Source: Mustelus asterias
Taxonomy: Eukaryota
NCBI RefSeq assembly: GCF_964213995.1
Contig: NW_027592246.1
Coordinates: 1 to 59,564 of the forward strand
Length of the DNA stretch: 59,564 bases
Direction: 5' to 3'
In this document: positions 50,573-59,564 of the stretch, in pieces
Position numbering within the stretch: the stretch's first letter is position 1
Layout: every line of letters begins with the position of its first letter
Translations under genes and position numbers: made by a program
The notes under the pieces: generated by a model
What the model saw: the letters and a program-made list of their open reading frames with translations, nothing else
Databases searched by the model: none
What the model was told of the DNA's origin: nothing

Positions 50573-50719
50573 AAAACACTTTCTCTTCAACCCCCTTTCC
50601 ATTTCTTTTCTCATTCTGGGGGAAATTGGGGACTTGCAGCAACTGAAGAGAAAGGAAGTGAATCCAGGGAGGGTGCAGACTCTGGAAAGGTTGGTCCAGG
50701 TTTCTCGCTCTCTCGAACC

Positions 50720-51920
50720 AGAAAATGATCCATTTCTGCCCACTGTTTGCTGTTAGCCAATCTTCTATCCACGCCAATATGTTATCCCCGCAGCATGAAC
50801 TTTTATTTGCTGCAATAACCTTTCATGTGGCACCTCATCAAATGTCTTCTGGAAATCTGAGTACAGCACATCCACCGGTTTCCCTTTATCCAATTCCCGA
50901 TGGGGAATTTTAGAAAATTGAACAACACATCAACTATCTCACTCTGTTAAGACCCGAGAATGAAGCCCAGCAGGACCCGAGGACTCATCAGCCCACAGCT
51001 CCAACAGTTTGCTGAGGACCACTTCCCTGGGAATTGTGCTTTTTCAGAGTTCATCCCACACTTCTGTTTTCTGATTTCCAGCTGTTTCTGAGTTTTAACT
51101 GTATCCTCTATTGTGAACACCGAGGCAAAATACTTGTTCAATTCATCTCCCAGCTCCTTATTTTTCATTATCAATTCCTGGACTCACTTTCTATTAGACA
51201 GTTAAGAAATGAGGTCGAGCAAGTGACTGAAGTGTCAGTCAAGGAGCACTATTGGGAGCACCAATAGTTTCAAAATAGTTCAGGAAAAAGATAGGACAGG
51301 TCCACAGGTCAAGGCCCTAAACTGGAGCAGGGCCACTTTTGTGGGCATTAGGCAGGATCTAGCAGATGTCGATTAGGTGAGTTTGTTTGAAGGGAAAGGA
51401 ATGACTGGCAAATGGGAGGTTTTCAAAGTGTGATATCAAGAGTCCAGGGGCAGTATATTCCTGTTAAGATGCAGGGAAAGAATGGTAAATTTAAGGATCT
51501 CTGGCAGACAAGGGACATTGAGGCTCTGGTCAGGTAAAAGAAGGAAGCATACATTGGGTTTAGGCAATCGGGGACAAGTGAATCACTCTGACTATAAAAA
51601 GTGTAAGAAAATACTGAAGAGGGAAATCAGGAGGACAAAAAGAGGGTCTGATATGGATCTGGCAGGTAAGATTAAAGAAAATTCCAAGAGGTTCTATAGC
51701 TATATTAAGAGTAAGACGGTGGCTAGAGAGAGAATAGATCCCCTTAAAAATCAGTATGGCCATCTGTGTGTGGAGCCACAGGAGATGGGTGAGATTTTTA
51801 ATGAATACTTCTCCTCTGTGTTTACTGCGGAGAGCACCATGGGTGCTAAAGAAATAAGGGAAACAAGTGGTGATGTCTTGGGCACACGCATGTTACTTGG
51901 GAGGAGGTATCTGCAGCCTT
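50720..51920. mobile_element. Old CR1 fragments on both strands in the ZNF-I intron
   Basis: ELNKYFASVFT on - (50947..51174). KREIRRTKR..KIKENSKRFYSYIK..FNEYFSSVFT on + (51482..51994). Confidence 0.8.
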
Positions 51921-52107
51921 ATAAAAGCAAATTACTGCGGATGCTGGAATCTGAAACCACGAGAGAAAATGCTGGAAAATCTCAGCAGTTCTAGCAGCAT
52001 CTGTAAGGAGAGAAAAGAGCTGATGTTTCTTGTCTAGATGGCCCTTTGTCAAAGCTCTGAAACATCAGTTCTTTTCTCTCCATACAGATGCTGCCAGACC
52101 TGCTGAG
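51921..52107. mobile_element. PLE family 2 fold-back fragment
   Basis: Reverse terminal motif followed by an inverted arm (ctcagcag..gcagcatctg versus cagatgctgccagacctgctgag). Confidence 0.65.
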
Positions 52108-52594
52108 AATGGGGAGAGAGTATGTGGGATGGAGATTTACAGCTTTTGGGGAATGAGAGAGGAAAGAATGTTCCATAGAAATTGTCTGTTCTGAATTTCT
52201 ATCCTGTACTGACACTGATGACTTTTGTAAACTCATTTTACAGGATCTTGAAAGAGGAATCACAGGCCGAAATCTCAAACGTCACGTCTAGACGCGACAG
52301 AATCATATTCCTTGGGACCTCAATATCATCGGAATTTGAATCCAGAAGGAGAAATGATTGTCCAGTCTGTCGATTTGAAAAGATTTGAAATGTCAGTGTG
52401 AGTGAAAAAGCATCGACACACTGCCACACTTGAGTGAGAGTGTTCCAATGCACTGACTAAAGAGCTTTAACCAGTTACACAGTCTGAATAAATATCACAC
52501 CATTCACAGCGGGTAGAGACTGTAATCTTGTTCTGTGTGTGGACGAAGTTTCAACTAATTGTCCACCCAAGGGAGAGGTAAGGACACCTGCACC

Positions 52595-53269
52595 ATGGAG
52601 AAACCATGGAAATGTGTGGACTGTGGGAAAAGATACAGAGCCCCATGTCTGCTGGCAGCTCATTGGCGCAGCCACACTGGGGAGAGACCATTCATCTGCT
52701 CTCAGTGTGAGAAGGGATTCATTCAGTTATCCAGCCTGCAGACACACGAGCGAGTTCACACTGGGGAGAGGCCATTCACCTGCTCTCAATGTGGGAAGGG
52801 ATTCACTCAGTCATCCCACCTGCAGACACACCAGCGAGTTCACACTGAGGAGAGGCCATTCACCTGCTCTCAGTGTGGGAAGGGATTCATTCAGTTATCC
52901 AGCCTGCAGAGACACCAGCGAGTTCACATTGGAGAGAGGCCGTTCACCTGCTCTCAGTGTGGGAAGGGATTCACTTGTTCATCTAACCTGCAGACACACC
53001 AGCGAGTTCACACTGGGGAGAGACCGTTCACCTGCTCTCAGTGTGGGAAGGGATTCACTCAGTTATCCACCCTGCAGACACACCAGCGAGTTCACACTGG
53101 GGAGAGACCATTCACCTGCTCTCAGTGTGGGAACGGATTCACTCAGTTATCCAGCCTGCAGACACACCAGCGAATTCACACTGGGGAGAGGCCGTTCACC
53201 TGCTCCCAGTGTGGGAAGGGATTCAGAGTTTCATCCACCCTGCTGAGACACCAGCAAGTTCACGAGTGA
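52595..53269 (+). CDS. ZNF-I: C2H2 array protein, 8 highly similar fingers
   Basis: ATG of [10 protein letters not shown] at 52595 (CACCATGG). Acceptor ttttacag near 52243. Confidence 0.9.
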   Translation: MEKPWKCVDCGKRYRAPCLLAAHWRSHTGERPFICSQCEKGFIQLSSLQTHERVHTGERPFTCSQCGKGFTQSSHLQTHQRVHTEERPFTCSQCGKGFIQLSSLQRHQRVHIGERPFTCSQCGKGFTCSSNLQTHQRVHTGERPFTCSQCGKGFTQLSTLQTHQRVHTGERPFTCSQCGNGFTQLSSLQTHQRIHTGERPFTCSQCGKGFRVSSTLLRHQQVHE

Positions 53270-56200
53270 TTCCAGGGGTTGGATTCTGCTGTTATTGTTT
53301 CTGCTCTCAATTACATCCAGGACTGCATTTTGTTCATTCTCACAGTTGGTCAATGGGAAGGGTCAGAGGGTTTCTTTCTGCTGGACTGGCCGATCTCAGC
53401 CTCCAGTGGGCTGATGCTCTTTGAGTCTTGTTGCGAATACCTAGTTTCAAATTTCACAAGGATCACAGAGTGACAGGGTGTTAGGAAGTTAAGGGATAGT
53501 CACTATTTCTGTTTGAAACTCCCCCAGATGCCCATCCAATTTCCTTTGTAATTGTTTGTTGTCTCCACTTCCTCCACCCTCATAGGCAGCGAGTTCCAGG
53601 TCATTACCATTCACTGCTTCAAAATATTCTTCCTCACATCCGCCCCCCCCCTCCTCTCCGCGCCTCTGATCCAGAACCTTAAATCTGTGTCCCCCCTCGT
53701 CCTTGTCTCATCAACTAATGGGAACAGCTTTTCTTTGTCCACCTTATCTAAACCTGTCAGAAGCTTGTCCACCTCTATCAAATCTCCCCTCAACCTCCTT
53801 TGCTCCAAGGAGAACAACCCCAGCCTGACATTGACAATAAAGCACAAACTAACAGAATATGTTAATCCCTGAAATCAAATGGGATTGTTTAATTTCTGTT
53901 TTAAAGATATTGTGAATATATTGTCCTGGACAATAAAGGAATTGGAATAACTCACCTTGGGAGTGGTTGAATGGAATATATCAATCTGGTATCCACCTAC
54001 AGTCTAGTGAAAGTCTGGAATGGGATGGGATAGATGGGATGAATAAGTTGATCACTTTCTCTGGGAGATATTTACAACTTTGTCCATGAACTTTGTTTGA
54101 AAGCCCGGCCCCTCCATGAAATATCAGCACCATAACAGGGGGAGAAAGAAAGACAGACACTCACTTTGATCTTTTCATCAACACATCTGAGAGTTAAGAA
54201 TGTGTGACATGATTTTGGGACACCGGAGTGAGTGTGCAGATGTGATTCGTTACATGTGAAAAATAACAAGTCTAAATTCATGGTGAGATGGAGTGAAGAG
54301 CGGGTCCCAAACACACACAGCTACTTGAGACACTGCAGGAGATGAAATGGTTCATGTGGCCAGGGGATTGAGACAACATTGTGACATCATCAAGGCACTG
54401 ACACACACTCCAGAGAGAAACTGAGTTCAAAACAATCAGGATCCAATTAAACACACTGCACATGGACACAAAGTGAGTGAAATTAAAATAAAATGGATAA
54501 TATTATAGATTGGGACAATTAAGGGCTTGAGGGAAATAACACAGAGTAAGAACTGTCCACAACTTAGATAGGGGTAAAGAGAGAGCTGGAGAATCTTTTA
54601 CATCCATGCTTGATCTGTTGCTTGAAGCATCTGTCCTTATGTACAAGTAACCTAGAACTCACGGTGCTCCTTCAGGAGTAGGAAAGATCAAGTAGATGTT
54701 ACCCCAGGCGGGGCCAGAACAGAACTGGACAATAACGGATTGAAATTGAGTGAGGGGTCAGAGAGAGAGTTCTCCCCCCTCAAGGTGTGGACTGTAAGAA
54801 TCCTGGGGGACCCCCTACTTTGGGTTTTCTTGCTAATTAGTGAATATTATATTAGATTCTATGACTGGCTGTGCATTGATTTTGAATTTGATTGTTACAC
54901 TTCTCCTGTTTTTATTCCTGTTGTGATTACACTCTGGGTAAGGATGGTTGGCAGGTGACAGGATGGGAAATTGTGGTTTGGATCTTCATTAACCAAATGT
55001 TTTATTGATCCGAAAGGTGTAAAAGGGGTCAAACATCAGCAGAAATCCAGCAGAGCTGAGAACAGACGACTTGCTGTGTGGGAACAGGGAGATAAACAGC
55101 TCCCAGAGGACAGAGAATACAGGAGTGCCTTGAATCCTGGATGACACCTGGGTGTCACGAACACCATGTTTTCACTGCTTGGCATGGGAATGCTGACTCC
55201 CTGTACCAGGGACGGAGTGTGGGAAGACAATTGTTTGAGAGTTTGACATGGCTTGGTCAGGTACAGATTGTTCAATGACAGGTTTTGTAATTGATCCGTT
55301 CACGTGTTAGCTGAGCAATGATTGGGTTAAATCAGTCTGCATAGACTTTGTGATGTAACAAAGTATAAGAAGGGATTCCCGAGCACAGAGATTTGTCGAG
55401 GTTTTACATATTGCATTGACTGGTGCCATGGCATCTGGTGCAGAGCAGGGAGCATTTCCGTGGAGATGCTGCTTCTACCCAGAGTGTAATGGTAATGCTG
55501 CTGCACTTTGATACGACTGCTCAGACATTAGCCTGTGTCGGCTCTTATTGATACTGAATAAAATCTAACCACTGTCACCAATAAGGGTTATCACTGGCAA
55601 TCATTTCAGAGTTTGGGAAAAGGGGAGAAAGGGTTAATTGACTCCCTGAACTCCATTTTCTAACATCGCTGAGTCAAAAATAAAATCCCATCTCCCCCTC
55701 TGGTTCCTTTGCCAATTACCTTAGAGGGACTCACTTTCTGTTAAAGAGCCTGCCAACCCCTCCCACCCACTTTCCCTAAAGTGCATCAATCTCATCAGGA
55801 AATGTCCAGAAAAATCAAATATTTTTACTGATAAAAGTTTATTAATGAAACAGAACATGGTTAAAACAAACAGAAAATGACTTGAGGATCAAAGACAACC
55901 AGAGTAAAGGATGTTCACAATGTTCTGGACACAAATGGTTTCTCTTCAGCTCCTCTGTACCCTGTTCCCGCGACTCCCCGCTTTGGATACAGGGACACTG
56001 AACCCCGGGGGTCACATCACCATCAGCCCCGGTCACCTCCTCCGGTGCCCTGATTGGTTGGAGGCCCATTTCCCAGTCAGTCCTCCAGCAGCTTCCTGTC
56101 TCTCTATAAGTGCAATGCCCAGGGCAGTTTCCCAACTGGGGCGCAGGCCCTGTTAATCTCAGCTAAATTCAGCCCTCAGCTCCGTCGCCTGGCTGTCATT

Positions 56201-57799
56201 GACATGAGCAATAGAGAGACAGAAAGGTGTCCCAGGCTCAAATGGGAAGTCAAAACTTGTGTCTCTGAATCAACACTTCAACATTTGCCAGTCAAATCCA
56301 TGTTATTTACACTGGGGGTTTTTATGATGAGATTAATTGATGTGTTCGGCTCTTCAGCAAGCTCGAGAAGCACTGATTCCAGATTGTTCAATACTTCTGT
56401 CTTGAATCACAAAAGCTTCTCACTTTATCCCCTTCCTGAACTGAATTCCATCATCCTGAGCAGCTGTGGATGTCACCTCTCTGTGTAAACTCCTGCCCCT
56501 TTTTATAAGGCTCTCTCATTCCTTATTGTGGGTCAATTCTTTAATGGTTGAGGATCGCTCTGTGATGTAGTGAGTGTTTATCCGGTCAATCAATGTTTCT
56601 GATGTCAGTCACAACGTCCATCGTTACTTTTCACCTGTTTCTTACTCTGTGTTTTATAAAAATAAAGTTTATAAACTTTTACAGAATGGTCAGCTGTAAG
56701 GTTTCTGTAGTTGGTGATGAGGTCATCCAAAGGTCAAAGCCTTTCTCTTTTCTCCTTCCTGTTTAACGAAGGGGTTGTGGAATATTCCATTCAGGGGGAG
56801 GTGGTGGGAATGTCTCTGGCCGAGTAATGCAGAGACGCAGCAAAGGATCTGGGGACAGGCAGCCGGTGGGATTTGAATTCAGTGAATCAATCTGGAATTA
56901 TACAAAGGTAGTCTCAGTAACATTGACCATGAAACTATCATCGATTGTTGTAAAAACCCATCCAGTTCACCCTATTAATGCTCCCTATTAGGGAGGGAAA
57001 TCTGCCATCCTTACCCGGTCTGGCCTACGTGTGAATCCAGACCCACACAGCGATGTGGGTGACTCTTAACTGCCCCTCTGAAATGGCTGAGCAAGTCACT
57101 CTGTTCAAGGGCAATTAGGAGCTGAGCAACGTGTGCTGGGGCTTTGCCAGCAGTGTCCACATCCCAGGAAAGAATAAAGAATATTCCACGGAAAGTGATG
57201 GGTGATTTGAAATGAATTGAAAGGAGGTCAGGAGGTGCTCGTATCATCCAGAGCTGCTTTTCAATGGATCCTCCTGTTTAAAATAAAAACACATCAGTGT
57301 GCCCCTTTCCCAGACACACTGACCTTGGAATATCACAATGCTGTTTTTAAACATTCCTTTGTTAAAGAATCAGTCATTTAGAATTGTGAAACAGACAGAA
57401 ATTAAATGTTTCGTTTTTCCTGGGATCCTCCTGTGCCTGGCACCGGTGTCCTGAACAAGGTTATTAACATTCTCTGTGTTAAAGAGTTCCTCCTGGTTCT
57501 TGCTGTCTGTTGTGTCCTTTGTCACAGTCGGTACCAGGACATTTCTATTGAAAGGTTGTTAAGAAATTCCAGTGAATTCCAGTCCCTTGTGTAACGTTCC
57601 ATTTGGTGTGCGTCAGATTCAGAGATGTCCACGTGTGTGTGAAAAGGGTTCTGGGTAAGGGTTTTAACCCTTCTTTCCCCGTTAGTAACAATGAGCCCTG
57701 TATTCAATTCTAAAGTATAAAGTCCTCATTAGATATCAATTCTACCTGTTATCTACATTTCACCAACCAGTCTATATTTTCATCACAGGACTGCAGTGG

Positions 57800-59564
57800 G
57801 AGCACCGTCAACATCTTACTAACTTGATTGATTTTATCGAGGAGATGACGAAGGTGATCGATGAGGGTAGAGCAGTGGATGTTGTGAACATGGATTTTAG
57901 TAAGGCTTTCGACAAGGTCCCTCATGGTCGGCTCATCCAGAAGATTAAGATGCATGGGATTCACGGTGACTTGGCCGCTTGGATTCAGAATTGACTTGCC
58001 CATAGAAGTCAGAGAGTAGTGGTGGAGGGTGTTTTTCTGGCTGGAAGTCAGTGACTAGTGGTGTTCCACAGGGATCCGTACTGGGACCTCTGCTGTTTGT
58101 GATAAATATAAATGACTTGGATGAAAATGTGGATGTGTGGGTTAGTAAGTTTGCAGACAACACAAAGCTAGATAGAGTTGTAAATAATGTAGAAGGTTGT
58201 CAAACGATACAGTGGGATATAAATCAGCTGGAGATATGGTTGGAGAAATGGCAGATAGAGTTTAATCTGGGCAAGTGTGAGATACTGCACTTTGGGAGAT
58301 CAAATATTAAGGATAAGTATACAGTTAATGGCAGGTCCCTGAACAACATTGATGCACAGAGGGATCTTGGGGTTCCAATCCACAGTTCCCTGAAATTGGC
58401 CACAAAAATAAATAAGTGGTAAAGAAGGCATATGGCATGCTTGCCTTTATTGAGTACAAGAGTAAGGATGTCATGTTGCAGCTTTATAAAACTTTGGTTA
58501 GGCCGCACTCAGAATATTGTATTTAATTCTGGTTGCCACGTTACAGGAAGATGTAGAGGATTTGGAGAGGGTGCAGAAGAGGTTTCCCAGGATGCTGCCT
58601 GGATTAGAGGGTACGAGCTATAAGGAGAGGCTGGACAAACTAGGGTTGCTTTCTCTGAAGCAGCGGAGGCTGAGGGGAGACCTGATAGAAGTCTATGAAA
58701 TGATAAGAGACATAAGAACATAAGAACATAAGAAATAGGAGCAGGAGTAGGCCATCTAGCCCCTCGAGCCTGCCCCGCCATTCAATAAGATCATGGCTGA
58801 TCTGACGTGGATCAGTACCACTTACCCGCCTGATCCCCATAACCCTTAATTCCCTTACCGATCAGGAATCCATTCATCCGCGCTTTAAACATATTCAGCG
58901 AGGTAGCCTCCACCACCTCAGTGGGCAGAGAATTCCAGAGATTCACCACCCTCTGGGAGAAGAAGTTCCTCCTCAACTCTGTCTTAAACCGACCCCCCTT
59001 TATTTTGAGGCTGTGTCCTCTAGTTTTAACTTCCTTACTAAGTGGAAAGAATCTCTCCGCCTCCACCCTATCCAGCCCCCGCATTATCTTATAAGTCTCC
59101 ATAAGATCCCCCCTCATCCTTCTAAACTCCAACGAGTACAAACCCAATCTCCTCAGCCTCTCCTCATAATCCAAACCCCTCATCTCCGGTATCAACCTGG
59201 TGAACCTTCTCTGCACTCCCTCCAATGCCAATATATCCTTCCTCATATAAGGGGACCAATACTGCACACATAGATAGGGTTGACAGTCAGAATCTTTTTC
59301 CCAGAGTTGAAATGTCTATTACTAGGGGGCATGCACTTCAGGAGAGACGGGGAAAGTTCAAAGGAGATGTGAGGGGCAACTTTTATAACACAGAGAGTGG
59401 TAGGTGGCTGGAACGCGCTGCCAGGGGTGGATGAGGCCCATTATCTTTAATGGGCTTTTAGATAAGCACATGAATATGCAAGGAATAGAGGGATATGGAC
59501 CAAGGGCAGGCAGAAAGGAATAGTTTAATTTGGCTTCATGTTCGACACAACATGGTGGGCTGAA
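57800..59564 (+). mobile_element. Decayed CR1-clade LINE RT and 3' end
   Basis: Peptides MDFSKAFDKV, SGVPQGSVLGP, FADN, QKRFPRMLPG and, after the nested insert, IDRVDSQNLFPRV..TRGH. Confidence 0.9.
58715..59267 (-). mobile_element. Very young CR1 3' end nested in an older CR1, with ACATA duplication
   Basis: The 151-aa ORF 58812..59267 differs from 17995..18450 at two residues. ACATA at 58710-58714 and 59268-59272. Confidence 0.95.

Noticed and set aside
46905-53246. Long alternative-frame ORFs over finger arrays (46905..47615, 52539..53246, 40891..41610 and others)
   Set aside because: These are the expected shadows of 84-nt finger repeats ([10 protein letters not shown].., SSHWGE..), mostly with non-ATG starts.
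53267-53473. Possible stop-codon readthrough of ZNF-I into an open in-frame extension
   Set aside because: Paralogues break this frame at once (TAG in ZNF-D, indels in ZNF-A and ZNF-E).
55950-56200. GC-rich segment with reverse CCAAT resembling another ZNF promoter
   Set aside because: No associated first-exon donor or ZNF exon was recognised nearby, so the evidence is too weak.

Overview
Vertebrate genomic DNA, most likely from a shark or other cartilaginous fish. This assignment is inferred from HE1/V-SINE-like and Deu-SINE-like repeats, CR1-clade LINEs and Penelope-like elements (PLEs). The window is a dense cluster of nine C2H2 zinc-finger genes or pseudogenes (labelled ZNF-A to ZNF-I here) plus two relics. 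No KRAB, SCAN or BTB exon is recognisable. The genes are mostly head-to-head pairs around CpG-rich bidirectional promoters and were spread by direct and inverted segmental duplications, with much nested retroelement DNA in between. The most notable pattern is a shared gene architecture. A self-symmetric promoter feeds a non-coding first exon. The finger exon opens with decayed fingers. In seven paralogues an in-frame stop lies exactly 36 nt upstream of an internal linker ATG, mostly in a strong Kozak context, so each ORF begins with the same atypical WKCxDCG..F/Y.xP finger. Other highlights are a 1.3-kb two-variant minisatellite grown from a first-exon motif, fold-back PLE insertions with hammerhead-like cores and long target-site duplications, apparently independent PLE insertions at the same paralogous site, and a SINE that truncates a ZNF ORF. 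Repeat boundaries are approximate and were read by eye. No database searches were run.
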